Source of the DNA: Porphyridium purpureum
Taxonomy: Eukaryota
Direction: 5' to 3'
Assembly: GCA_008690995.1 (NCBI GenBank)
Contig: VRMN01000004.1
Location: forward strand, 496,001 to 560,000
DNA length: 64,000 nucleotides
Shown here: piece after piece, positions 53,644-64,000 of the stretch
Layout of the letters: every line of letters starts with the position of its first letter
Position numbering within the stretch: position 1 is the stretch's first letter
Notes under the pieces: generated by a model
Databases searched by the model: none
What the model was told of the DNA's origin: nothing
Seen by the model: the letters and a program-made list of their open reading frames with translations, nothing else
Translations under genes and position numbers: made by a program

Positions 53644-55047
53644 TCAATCAAAGTCCTCTTGTCCAGCAGTCACGCGGGCACTACACAACAAGTAAATGCC
53701 GACTCCAAACCATACGACGAGGGACAAGGCGGGCGCCAGGTCAGCTTTCAAGTTCTTCCGCTTCTCGTCCTGTTGGGGCTCAAGATTCAGGCGGGTTCTG
53801 ACCGGCTCCAAACACCGGATCCGTGCCAAGCTGCAGTCGCTGAAAATGTCTACAGAGGAGAGTCCCTGCACCAGATCCCTCGACTCGTTGAGCAAACATT
53901 CGTGTGCGACTCGTAAAGCCTCCAACTTGTCTTCGACCGAGCTTATTTTCCACGTGCTTACGACGCTGTCGTAACCTTCCCACAATGCGACCGGAGATTC
54001 CAACGCCCGCCCAATGCCACTCAGCAGCTGAGACGCCTCTGTGACCTTTTCTAGATTCGACGCCGCATCGTTTTGAAGCTCTGTGATCGTTCTCAGCATC
54101 TGTTCAAGTTTCGTGCGAACTTCTGCAACTTCATCAGCTTTGATCACGTCGGCCCAGGCAGTGATTTCGTCTCCATCTTGCTGCTCTGTGCCAGCATTGC
54201 TACGGCCACCTCGATGATCTGACGGGGCAGTCTCGATGTCTGCCTGCTGAGGAGAACAAATCGCTGACTCTAATGTATCTGCACCCGTGCCGTACAAGTT
54301 GTGATTATTCTCTCGGGACAGCACAGTGTGGGGCCCACAAGTACCTGCTTCATGCAATGCAGAAGTACTTGTAACTGAGCTTGAAGAGGCTTCGCGGAAC
54401 GTCCAAAGAGTTCGAGTTACTTCGCTTGATCGAGAGCTGAGCGCTTCCGTGTGCGCAAACAGTGATCGCGTGTCTGGATCATAACCCCAGTCAGAGCGCG
54501 CGGTCGACTCCGGCACCGTTAATGTCCCATCGGTGGTCATGTGCTGTGAGGTATATTGGGGCGGCGTCACATTCTCAAAAACTTTCTCTCCCAAATCCAG
54601 CTCGGACGTGACATCTATATAGCCAGCTGTAAAAGCCCGGATCATACCAGTCTCTAACGAAAATCTAGGGGTCAGGAGATTCTGCTTTAGCTCGCCTGAA
54701 CCAGCTGAGGAGCTGTCCATCTCTTCCCCCGCGTTGTGAGTCTGAGCAACCACATGAGGCGTCAGAAGTGCCGCTGCCAGTGACGGCTCGCCCAAAGCAT
54801 GCATATCCTCCTGAGTTCCTTGCCAGTTTTCATCCAGACCCCAACCTGGCTTGGTCTTTACAAAGTCGTGTCTTGGTACCAAACTTGTTGTCCTTGTTCC
54901 GGCGAAAATTTCTTGAGTGCGTTCTGGCGTGACACCGTCAGAGTCACTAGGCTCGTAGAACGGCACCACTGGCTCGCGCGCGGGCGTGAGTCCCGCAAGC
55001 AGTGCAAGTTGTGCAGCCCTATCCTCATCGACATCTCCAGACTGCAT
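53644..55047 (-). CDS. hypothetical protein with coiled coil and C-terminal TM helix (tail-anchored-like)
   Basis: 467-aa ORF; heptad-rich region; LAPALSLVVWFGVGIYLLC near the end. Confidence 0.65.
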   Translation of the reverse strand: MQSGDVDEDRAAQLALLAGLTPAREPVVPFYEPSDSDGVTPERTQEIFAGTRTTSLVPRHDFVKTKPGWGLDENWQGTQEDMHALGEPSLAAALLTPHVVAQTHNAGEEMDSSSAGSGELKQNLLTPRFSLETGMIRAFTAGYIDVTSELDLGEKVFENVTPPQYTSQHMTTDGTLTVPESTARSDWGYDPDTRSLFAHTEALSSRSSEVTRTLWTFREASSSSVTSTSALHEAGTCGPHTVLSRENNHNLYGTGADTLESAICSPQQADIETAPSDHRGGRSNAGTEQQDGDEITAWADVIKADEVAEVRTKLEQMLRTITELQNDAASNLEKVTEASQLLSGIGRALESPVALWEGYDSVVSTWKISSVEDKLEALRVAHECLLNESRDLVQGLSSVDIFSDCSLARIRCLEPVRTRLNLEPQQDEKRKNLKADLAPALSLVVWFGVGIYLLCSARVTAGQEDFD

Positions 55048-55346
55048 CCTGCTCCTTGTTCGCCTCGAACTCTACTGTGCGCGTTGCATCGCCAAAGAGG
55101 CCACAACCTCCACTTGTGCGCAGCTCGCTCGCTTTATATATCTTTCGGCGTGGTCATGCACATCCACAACGCCGCGAAGTTGGGGAGGTCAGGTCCATCA
55201 CACGGCTCGGTCACTGCGGTCATACACATCACAACGATTCCCACATGTGGTGCGAACACACGAGGTGTAGGTCGCTGGCTAGTCGTCATTCCTCATGACT
55301 TGGTTCACCTGCTACGTCCACGTGTGCGGTTGCTATGCCCACCGTC

Positions 55347-56177
55347 CTAGACGGAAAACTCTACTGGGAAGAACACCTCGTTCGTGCGCAGAAACGGCAG
55401 CGTAAACGGCGGGTTGTACCCTTGTCCTCCCCAAGCTCCAGTGATCTTGATCTTTGCCGCGTCCAGCTCTTCCTTGAGCTGCTGCGCCATCGATTCCTGC
55501 ACATCCTTGGCAAAGCTTCCGCTGAATGTCTTCACGGCAAGTGTGCGCTCCGGAACTTCGTGGATACGCACGCGCGGGTCTGTCGGAACAGGCGCAGTCT
55601 CCAAAGTGTATTTAGCTGGGAGAAGGAAAGTCATTTCGCCCTTGCCCTTGGACTGCCCGTCAGGACTCGTGGTGCTAGCGCCTTCCATAACGACGGGCGC
55701 TGTCATGGCCACAGCCTCGGCACCTTGTTCTTTGGGCGGGTTCATAACAACTGGAGCTGTCATAGCTACAGATTCCGCAGCTTGCTCCGTGGGCGGATTC
55801 ATGACGACTGGTGCGGTCATGGCCACCGGCTCTTGAGTGTCGCTCGCGGATCCGGTCGCCCGAGCCTGATTCTCTGGCGTCCCAAACACTCCAATGTACC
55901 TCGCGAGGCGCTGAAACGCTCCACCCGAGTCATCTGAGCGGTCCCAGCTCATGTCGGTGCTCGCGGCCACCTGCTTGGGATACTTCCGGATCTCAAACCC
56001 GCCAAACTTTTGCAGCACTTCATGCGCCGGCTGCTCGACGGACACGCGCCCAAACACGATCCCCATCGGCGAATGTAGCAATCCTATCACTGCAGCGAGT
56101 CCGAGTACCAGCGCTGTTGCCGCCGTCTGCGTGCGCATGACCTGCCTTGTCGCCACACCCGGTTTGCCCTTGCTCAT
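55347..56177 (-). CDS. SOUL heme-binding family protein
   Basis: FEIRKYP, AFQRLARYI, VAMTAPV x3, MTFLLP, YNPPFTLPFLRTNEV. Confidence 0.92.
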   Translation of the reverse strand: MSKGKPGVATRQVMRTQTAATALVLGLAAVIGLLHSPMGIVFGRVSVEQPAHEVLQKFGGFEIRKYPKQVAASTDMSWDRSDDSGGAFQRLARYIGVFGTPENQARATGSASDTQEPVAMTAPVVMNPPTEQAAESVAMTAPVVMNPPKEQGAEAVAMTAPVVMEGASTTSPDGQSKGKGEMTFLLPAKYTLETAPVPTDPRVRIHEVPERTLAVKTFSGSFAKDVQESMAQQLKEELDAAKIKITGAWGGQGYNPPFTLPFLRTNEVFFPVEFSV

Positions 56178-56536
56178 CCACTCGGCATGCCCACGCTTCG
56201 TGCTGGAGGCACAAACGCAAAGAAGACAAATCCAAAAATCGCTCGGAGCGACTATCGTGCAACCGGTTTAAATTTAGGCGAGTCATACAAGCAAGTGCGA
56301 TCGCATAAGCATCCTCCAGAGGCGGCATGGGTTGGAACCCAGCAACACCTTGTGCGCGTCTGGAGAGGCCACGCGCAGGTGCTGCAGTCGGTAGAATGGC
56401 TAGTCACACGTTCGGCATGTTTATGGTTGGTAAGCGGAAAGCGCCAAAATATCGCAAGTGTGCAACACGCATTGACGCACGAAAATGTCGAAACGCAACA
56501 AAAAGTACAAGCCGACTGGTCTAGAGTTTAGGCTAG

Positions 56537-57040
56537 TTACGGGGTCTGGGCAGAACTAAATCCATACAGACCGCGGCCGCGGCCGCGGCAGAACCTGCAG
56601 GGCAGCGCGCAGGTTCCTTTACAGGCAGAGCAGACCACCGGCACTTCGCCGGGCATGCTCACGTTCTCGCCCTTCATCATACGTTCAATATCCTCCTGCA
56701 GCGCCTCATTTGACTTCAATTCGGTCTCCATGCGGGTGCCCTTCCCTTTGCACCAGCTGCAGGCGCACTTGCCTGAGCCCGCGCAATACAGGCATTCTGT
56801 CTCCTTCACTTCGACCGGCGCCAACGCAAAGTTCTTCTCCAGCTGGGAGCGCAAGGACTCCATGAACTGGTTCTGGTTGGGGTTAGGGTTGCCGTTTCCA
56901 TCTGACGGAATCGACGCACCACTGCCACTGCCACTGGCGGCCATTATCCATTGCGCGTGCGCGGGCGCGCGGCACACGCTGCCGGCCTGCTGCTTCCGCA
57001 GCGACGCCGCGGCACTACCCTGTCCAGAAACAAACGCCAT
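56537..57040 (-). CDS. plastid-targeted DnaJ-type zinc-finger (CxxCxGxG) protein
   Basis: MAFV transit peptide at 57040; CLYCAGSG, CSWCKGKG, CSACKGTC, CRFCRGRG. Confidence 0.85.
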   Translation of the reverse strand: MAFVSGQGSAAASLRKQQAGSVCRAPAHAQWIMAASGSGSGASIPSDGNGNPNPNQNQFMESLRSQLEKNFALAPVEVKETECLYCAGSGKCACSWCKGKGTRMETELKSNEALQEDIERMMKGENVSMPGEVPVVCSACKGTCALPCRFCRGRGRGLYGFSSAQTP

Positions 57041-58626
57041 CTCCACCCTATCTATGTTAGCCGAGCTGCGTCCCGAGCTGCTTGTTTGCACCCACCGTCT
57101 TCCTGTTCCAAGCACACACGATAACTCACCTGTCTTTCCCCTCGTCATGCGTGCGCACATGTTTGTGGCTTTATATCCGACTCTGGGTGGCGCCTTGGGC
57201 TTCCACATCCACCATTCAAATTATGGAAAGGGGGGGTACAGCTATCCCTCCACCCCATAAAATGGGCGCATTTTGCCACACGCATTCGTGCTGACACGCC
57301 CCGCCTTCCATTTGACTGCGTGGCGCGCGCCAGCGCGTTGCCAAAAAATGCCGTTGGGCGTTGCGCCGCCGTGACAGGTGTAGTTGGGTCTGAATCGGCA
57401 CCTGCGCATGTGTGCGTCTGTGTTTGTGGCCATCACGCACGCCGCACGTGTGGCTGGCAACGGCGCAGGTGTCGAACGCCACCAGGCCACGTATCGTTTG
57501 GGCACGGGCTATTGGCGTGGGTACGCGGACAAAGGCAGCCGGCCCCAGCCATGACCCAGAGCCTTCGTGACGTCCGCTGCACAGTCGACCGCATTGCAGG
57601 CAGGCGAAGCAAGTGTGTCATTGAAGCGCTGACGCGCCACTCGTTCAGCGTTTTAAGTCAATGCCAGAGCTTGCCATTGCTGACTCGAACCCAGCGTTTT
57701 TCTGCTCGTGTTCGCAGAGTGAGTCATAATGCGGCTCGCATTCAGCAGCCTGGCAGACGCCGCGGCAGGCTCCTCGTTTGAACGTTGGACCCGCGTTCTT
57801 CGCGCATTTGTCGCAGCGCACTGCGCCGCAGTCCTACAAGGAGGCGAAGCGTCCGTCTGCGCGCGCAACTTCCACCACCCACTGCCACACCGTCACAGAC
57901 CCTTGCACGGCCAGCCCGCACGTCATGGTATCCCGCCAACCCACCTCTCGCTCCCCACGCCCACCTGCCGCCTGCCATCCCCGCGCGCAACTGCTGAACC
58001 ACTGTACCTCGCCTGTACAACAACTGTACCGCGCTGAACACCCACTGTACTTCTCCTCAGCGGGGTTGTGGCGGGGCCGAAATCACAAATCTACTGCTTA
58101 TCTGGCGCCCGCGATACGGCACGCGGACCTGCCCGCCCACCCGCTGCAGATCCGCGTATGCAAACGACACCGATTTGTGCGGGTTGTGTGTGTGTGTACT
58201 GCGGAGGCCGTTTTCCCGGCACACACATCAACCACGCCAGTCCGCCAACGTCTCTTTTGCCCTCGTTCTTGCTTCGTAGTGTGTTTGCCGCGCTTTGGCG
58301 CTTTGACGCTTTGACAGGGGGAGGGGGCTCGCGCTGCTGGTGTTGCTATGAAATCGCGCCCGTTTTACTACGCTTGCGGGTTGAAACCAGGCGAGCGCAC
58401 GCACGAAAAAAGCGTCCGGAGTCATTATGAGTCACTAGAATCAGGGAGGGGAGGAAGAGAGCAGACGTCAAAGGGGGAAGCGGTATAAGATTTACATGGG
58501 AGATAGAGGAGAAGTGGTTGCGGGGTGGTGTGGGTGGGGGTGTGTGTGTGTGTGTGTGTGTACTTGGGGGAGTTGGTGGTGGTGTGTCGGGGGACAGGGA
58601 GGGGGTGAGTGTGGTGTGAAGGAATA

Positions 58627-59533
58627 ATGGCGTTTGTGGTCGGATCAGTGGCAGGCTCGTCGTTTGTCGGCGAGGCCGTGGCCAGCACCTCCGCGGCGTG
58701 CCCGAAGGAGGGCAGGCTCGGCGTGTCGATGGCCATGGCGCAGAACCGCCGCCGGTTCAACTTTGAGTCCGCCGCCGCCGCGAACATGCGCTCGTATGCC
58801 GCCGCGATTGCGCAGAGCAAGAACAAGACCGCCGCCGTCACGGGCTCCAGCTACTACTCGACGGACGTCGCCGCGCCGGTCCCGGCGTACGCGGTCAGCG
58901 CCAACGCACTGAACGCAGGCCTCAGCGCTTACGGTGCGCAGCTGTACGCCGCGCAGCAGGCTGTGCAGGCGAAGGCCGTCGTGCAGACCGCGCCGGTGCA
59001 GGTGCAGCAGCAGCAGACTGTCTCCGCGCCGGCATACTCGCCGCTCACAACGTACGCTCGCCCCGTGCCCGTGCAGGGAGGAATGAGCTCGGCGGCCATG
59101 GCTTGGGCGTCCAAGCAAACCGGACGTGTGATTGTGCCCGCGCGCGCAGAGCAGGCGCCCGCAGTGGTTCCGGAGTTCAAGGCGCCAGAGGCAGTGGCCG
59201 CACCGATCCCGGCCGCCAAAGGCTGCGGAACCGGCGCGTGAGCTGGTGATGCTGCTGAAGCCGCACCGGCGCCCGCTGCTGCTCTGGTTTGCTCCAGTTG
59301 CCGCTGCTGCACCGGTGGCAGCTCCGGCCGCGGTTTCCAGGCAGGTCGCTGCCAAGGTTGCGGTCGTCGCCGCCGCGTCAGTTGCCGCCGCCGCCACGGA
59401 GCAGCCTGCTCCGGTTGCAGTTAGCAGGGCGCGCTCCACGAGGAGTCCGCTCGAGGCCATCGTCCTCGGTTTGGTACGCGGCCTGAGCCGCGGCCTCTTT
59501 GGCAAAGACGAGCGCCAGACCCAGCAGGCCTGA
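58627..59533 (+). CDS. plastid-targeted Ala/Pro/Val-rich protein with apparent frameshift(s) at ~59218-59292
   Basis: MAFVVGS transit peptide; first frame stops at 59241 but the same composition and codon bias continue in another frame to 59533. Confidence 0.65.
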
Positions 59534-59733
59534 GCACAATTTGAGATGGTGTGGCGAAAACAATGATAATCCTGATGCTTTTATGAATAAAGAACTGTTT
59601 CTATTTCAAAGCCTACATGCAGAAAACGGTTTGACCAACTCGGGACTTCATTCGCAGTCAAGCCGTCTTCGTTTTTTAATGTGCAACTAGTTCTCAGCAA
59701 TCGGCGTGTCTTGCCGCACGCTGCCAGACGTTA

Positions 59734-62700
59734 TCATGACGGCGCGGATGCACTGGCCTGGAGCCTGAACGACGCAAGCACTGCCCCGCTCGACTCGTCT
59801 TCCTCTACGAGCATGTCTGCCTGCACCACAAGGCGACGACACAGCTCCTTCCACCGTTCCTGCGGGTTGGCGCGTTTTTCGCCACTCGCCCGCACCGGTT
59901 GCGCTGCATTCTGCACCAAGGCAGACAAGTACTGCCACGCGCGCGCAGTATCACTATCAATTGTGCGGGCGGCAACCCACGTCGAGTGATGTACCCGCTC
60001 CTCGTCGGAAATCCATGCCCAGAAGCCCGCCTCGTAGCCGTTGCCATGGTAGGCGTGCTGCCATGCGAACATAGACAGCATGTAGCTCGACTTGCGATGC
60101 CACAAAAGGCCGTCGCGCGAAATGCCAAGCGCGCGCACTTCTAGACCGGACGGGTCGAGCAACAGGAACCCGCGCTCATTGAACACCGCCTTGCGCCCTA
60201 CGTGCTCGTACCCAAACTTTGGGAGCGTCGGTACAATGTCGTACAATGTGTTCACGCGCCAATGTACAATGTTTTGTGCCTCGTAGAGGCGCTTGAATGC
60301 ATGGTTACCCACGCGGGGAGCTCCAAACACCGACACGACGAACTGCCGGGGCATTTTCGCAACACTCTCATCAGGGGCTTCGGTTTCTGATTCGCGATGT
60401 GGGCGCTGAGGGCCGTAGCGCATAGAGGCCTCGAGCGCGGTCAGTGTCGCGAGGCTGCCTCCCATGCTATGACCGGTGAAGTACATCGGCATTTCAGCAT
60501 TTTCGCATGCATCGACCACCTTGTCAAGACACTCCAAAAGCCGCTCGCGCACAGACTTGTACGCCTCGGCAAATCCGGCATGCACACGCGCAACAGAAAG
60601 AAGCGCTTGCACATCAGCGCCAAAGCCTCGACCGGCGAATGCGCCCTGCATCAAGGCACCGAGTCTCACCCGACGAATCGCCACATCAGTCTGTACATTG
60701 CGCAAGCTCGAGGTGCCTCGCGCGGCCACCACAATACGGTCGCGAGCCTGAATCACGAAAAAGTGGGTGTCGGTCTCGGCAGAGCCAATGTACTCGACCA
60801 ATTCAAATTGCTCCTGCTTTGCTACGTCCGAAAAGTCCCACTTGAAGTAGCTGTACGCGAGCCACGCAAAGTTGAACAGCTTGACTTGAGTCTCCATGCA
60901 AAAGACCATTTTGTGTTGGCGCGGGAAACCATGCTTTAACCGCTCCCTTTCACGGTACGCAAAAGCCCTTGCGACTGCATTGGCTTGCTCGACCTCTGAG
61001 TTTTTCGAACCCAGAATATATCTCAACGAGCTTCGTCGCCTTGACAAGTGCTCATCCACAAACCATCCGCTGATGCCGTCTGCGCTTGTTGGTGGTAAAT
61101 GACACCAGGCCTCGGTGATGAAGTACTCGAGAACCATGATATAAAGTGACACGACAGGCGGCCCAGAAAGACTGAGCACAGCTTGGTCCATGAACACAAG
61201 CACTTCCATCTTTGAGCCAAGGGGCCAGCCAAACACAAGCAGCAAATAAATTATATAGAATACTGCGAAGAACAGTGCCGTATGGAATCGGAACAACCGA
61301 AAACCAATTTGGTTCGGGCGTGTTCGCATATAGTCCAACGAGTTGAGGCACTTGGCTGTGCCCCTAAATGTCCAGAATATACCAAACACCATGGCGAGCT
61401 CACAGGCTGTGAGGACCGAAACAACGATTACCACGTTCGTCTGCCAGATTCCCGAGCGCCCGAACAAGAAAAGCATCGACAAAAAGGTGATGAATGGCAA
61501 CGTAGAGACACCAGTCTCAAAAACAACCCGGTACGTGATCTTGAGTCCAGACAGTACAAGCACCGCGGCGAGCTTCCATCCCCATACGGATATGGGAACT
61601 CGCTTGCGCGAACGGTTCAGCCGAAAAGTGTGGGCTACGGCCCACGGGTAGAGAATGAGCGCGAGCCCGAAAAAAATTTCGAAAATCGCGTCGACAACAA
61701 TCTTGCCGTCGGGCGGCTCGCCGGCACTTTCACTAGGCCCGTTCGAGATGTCGATCATCGCCTTGATCGCGTCGTATGGGTTCAAGAACAGTACGCCGCT
61801 GAGCATCTGCATAATACTCCACCACTGCACAGGGACACGGTCCGTCCTGGGAAGCCGCAGGATTCGCACAACGTAAGCCACAAAGTAAAAAAGGATGACC
61901 GCAAAGCCGAGCACATACATGACATTATTGAAGTATGCGAACGCCGTTTCCTGTCGGTTGTCGCTACCCACACGGGGACTGTTCGGATCAGTCACTGCCA
62001 CGCGAAACACACGAGTCGATTCGTCCCCAAACAGAGCCGTATACTCGAACAAGAAATACGTATTGCCCAGAATGGTCTCGATCACAGCATACACGACCGC
62101 GCAAAAGATGGCACTGAACATGTACCGGAGCAGGACAGAGACCTCGCGTGCGCGGATCACTTCAAGCTTTAAGAACGGATGAAAGTCGTGCTCAAACTCG
62201 GTCACAAAATTCTGCGAGTCGCTACGAAACACTCCTGAAAACCACGAAGCGCGCCGGCTAAGCGAGCTCGTATTCTTTTTCAGATTGCTACCAGCGCCGT
62301 CTAGATCACCGTCGACTTCTCTGGGAGAATGGAACGATCCAAATTCCAACAGCTGCCCGGACACATCCTCGCCGTAAGTGCTGCTTGAAACAGCGTCAGT
62401 CGCGTGCTCGGGCGGTCCTTCTGGCGCATTTCTTTTAAGCAATGATTTCGAAGGCTCTGCTCGAACACGAGCGCGGTCTTCCACGCGTACAGGGCTCTTT
62501 ACAGTTTCGAGCCGCTGCGTATGCGACGCAAAATGCACAGCTGCCGTCGGGTTAGACACAGACGACAGATCTCCGCTAGCACAAAGAGTCGTCCTAGTTT
62601 GCTCTGCCTGACTACTAACAGCCGTTGTCCCAGAGCGCACCGCTCCGCCACTGCCATGTTTGAATAAAGGAAACCTGCGCTCAACACCAGGAAGGTCATC

Positions 62701-63018
62701 ATCGTTCTCGTCAGTGCCCGTCGAGGTCGCCGCGGCCAATACGGCGTTGCGCAATCCCACAAACTCCATTTCTGTCGATGCGTGCGATGCTAATGAGAAC
62801 ACGCCACCGGCCTGGGTGACCGAGGAGGACGCGGCAGCTGCAGACCCCCATTCATCTGCCGGCGCGTCGCCGGCTGAGCGCGGCGCCGCCTTGAAGGTGC
62901 GTATCCGGCCCAGCGTCGCGGCCATCGGTATGAAATCCAGCGTTGTGCCGCCACTCCTGCTTCGCGCAGTGCCTGTGTCTTGCGAGTGCTCCAGCGCATT
63001 GCTCTCACCGCTCTCCAT
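59734..63018 (-). CDS. multi-pass membrane protein with C-terminal class 3 lipase domain
   Basis: About 8 hydrophobic helices, then IVVAARGT, VHAGF, FTGHSMGGSLA, FGAPRVGN, DIVP.LP, YEHVG. Confidence 0.9.
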   Translation of the reverse strand: MESGESNALEHSQDTGTARSRSGGTTLDFIPMAATLGRIRTFKAAPRSAGDAPADEWGSAAAASSSVTQAGGVFSLASHASTEMEFVGLRNAVLAAATSTGTDENDDDLPGVERRFPLFKHGSGGAVRSGTTAVSSQAEQTRTTLCASGDLSSVSNPTAAVHFASHTQRLETVKSPVRVEDRARVRAEPSKSLLKRNAPEGPPEHATDAVSSSTYGEDVSGQLLEFGSFHSPREVDGDLDGAGSNLKKNTSSLSRRASWFSGVFRSDSQNFVTEFEHDFHPFLKLEVIRAREVSVLLRYMFSAIFCAVVYAVIETILGNTYFLFEYTALFGDESTRVFRVAVTDPNSPRVGSDNRQETAFAYFNNVMYVLGFAVILFYFVAYVVRILRLPRTDRVPVQWWSIMQMLSGVLFLNPYDAIKAMIDISNGPSESAGEPPDGKIVVDAIFEIFFGLALILYPWAVAHTFRLNRSRKRVPISVWGWKLAAVLVLSGLKITYRVVFETGVSTLPFITFLSMLFLFGRSGIWQTNVVIVVSVLTACELAMVFGIFWTFRGTAKCLNSLDYMRTRPNQIGFRLFRFHTALFFAVFYIIYLLLVFGWPLGSKMEVLVFMDQAVLSLSGPPVVSLYIMVLEYFITEAWCHLPPTSADGISGWFVDEHLSRRRSSLRYILGSKNSEVEQANAVARAFAYRERERLKHGFPRQHKMVFCMETQVKLFNFAWLAYSYFKWDFSDVAKQEQFELVEYIGSAETDTHFFVIQARDRIVVAARGTSSLRNVQTDVAIRRVRLGALMQGAFAGRGFGADVQALLSVARVHAGFAEAYKSVRERLLECLDKVVDACENAEMPMYFTGHSMGGSLATLTALEASMRYGPQRPHRESETEAPDESVAKMPRQFVVSVFGAPRVGNHAFKRLYEAQNIVHWRVNTLYDIVPTLPKFGYEHVGRKAVFNERGFLLLDPSGLEVRALGISRDGLLWHRKSSYMLSMFAWQHAYHGNGYEAGFWAWISDEERVHHSTWVAARTIDSDTARAWQYLSALVQNAAQPVRASGEKRANPQERWKELCRRLVVQADMLVEEDESSGAVLASFRLQASASAPS

Positions 63019-63349
63019 GCCGGCGCATCCCAGCCGCGGCCCAACGCTCTGCTCCTCCTGCTCGTTGCTGAGTGCCGCGCAAACGAATTGAGACGGTCAA
63101 GATCCCGAGCAACGTGTACACTTAACAAGTGTACCTCCCGGACGCCCGGGAAAAGTGCGACTTGAACAGGCAGCAAGAGTTTCCTGTTTGCATTTTCCTC
63201 ACCCGGTGATCTCTTTCCATGGCCGAAGGGTCGCATTCAGGGGATTCGGAAGCGTAGCAAGACGCGAGAAACGGATAGGGACACGCCACTTGTCTGGCCA
63301 GGATTCAGGCATAGAGGCTCGAAGCCGATGCCGGGCTCCTTGCATGCTA

Positions 63350-63960
63350 GCGGCTCAAAAGAACGCGCAATATAACGTGCGTTTCGACGTTGACGCAGGC
63401 ACATTTTGAATTGCACCCTGCGCCAAAGTGTCTCGAGCCAGTCGGATGGCACTTCTGAGGCCATGCATAGTCTCAGACTACCGCGTGGCGTCGTACACTT
63501 TGCGCACCATCATCCTCTACGAGTCCTTGATGAGGTTAAAGTCTGGCCAAGACGTTGCTCAGTCTCCGAGCTCCGCATTTTCTTCTGACACAAACTACTT
63601 CAGCAAGCGAATGGTACGCACTAGTAATTTATCATGTGAATAAGTCGGGCTTACGCTTATCATTGTAGGGCGTGGGCCCAGCACAACGTCACCACGAAGC
63701 ACAGAAATGTATTCTGCGGCCGCCAAAATGCCCTGAATAAAAGAAGGTAAACCTTTCCATCCGCAGGCATTGCGCCAAAACCATGCATCCGCCGCCGCTG
63801 GCATGTAGTGCCTGAACATCCGGCATGTTCCCAGCACGCTCAAGCCAATTCCTGTGAAAATCACCCGGCCCGTTCCTATTTGGCTTCCTTTCATCACTGA
63901 GCAGAATTGTGACGAGCGAAGTCCAAAGCTGTCCGTTGCCGGTTGTTGAATGGAAAAAAA
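63350..63960 (-). pseudogene. decayed Tc1-family transposase (similar to the 32528 copy)
   Basis: LSDERKPNRNGPGDF, SGGGCMV, FIQGILAAAEYISVLR, D*ATSWPDFNLIK, MMVRKVY; many stops. Confidence 0.85.
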
Positions 63961-64000
63961 AATAAGAGTAGGCCTGTCTCCCTCTTCTGGAGTTCGTGTG

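Noticed and set aside
56879..56890. Telomere-like GGGTTAGGGTT
   Set aside because: Only ~2 units, inside a CDS encoding NPNPN

Overview
Gene-dense, nearly intron-free eukaryotic nuclear DNA. The MAF/MGF-type plastid transit peptides and compact layout suggest a unicellular red alga, possibly Porphyridium-like (inference). About 23 protein genes are supported: FKBP, RPL32, eIF2B-alpha, PP2C, organellar SSB, oligopeptidase A, a PH+CAMKK-like kinase, XRN, a bacterial-type macrodomain protein, TPR-DnaJ, a HAD hydrolase, a CEP192/SPD-2-like protein, APC6/CDC16, NOP2, a FANCJ/RTEL1-like helicase, a BAR-like protein, a zf-4CXXC protein, DUF3598/BFA1-like, SOUL, a DnaJ-type zinc finger, a multi-TM lipase and several unknowns. 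Mobile DNA includes one near-intact IR/DR Tc1 (DD34E) element, two decayed Tc1 copies, Gypsy, hAT and Harbinger relics, and a solo-LTR-like unit carrying heat-shock elements. The two strongest findings are (1) a tRNA-Pro(CGG) gene split by two introns, one of them non-canonical in the T-loop with a bulge-helix-bulge-like fold, and (2) an apparent homolog of the centrosomal scaffold CEP192/SPD-2 in a lineage that lacks centrioles. All family assignments come from motif recognition by eye; no searches were run.
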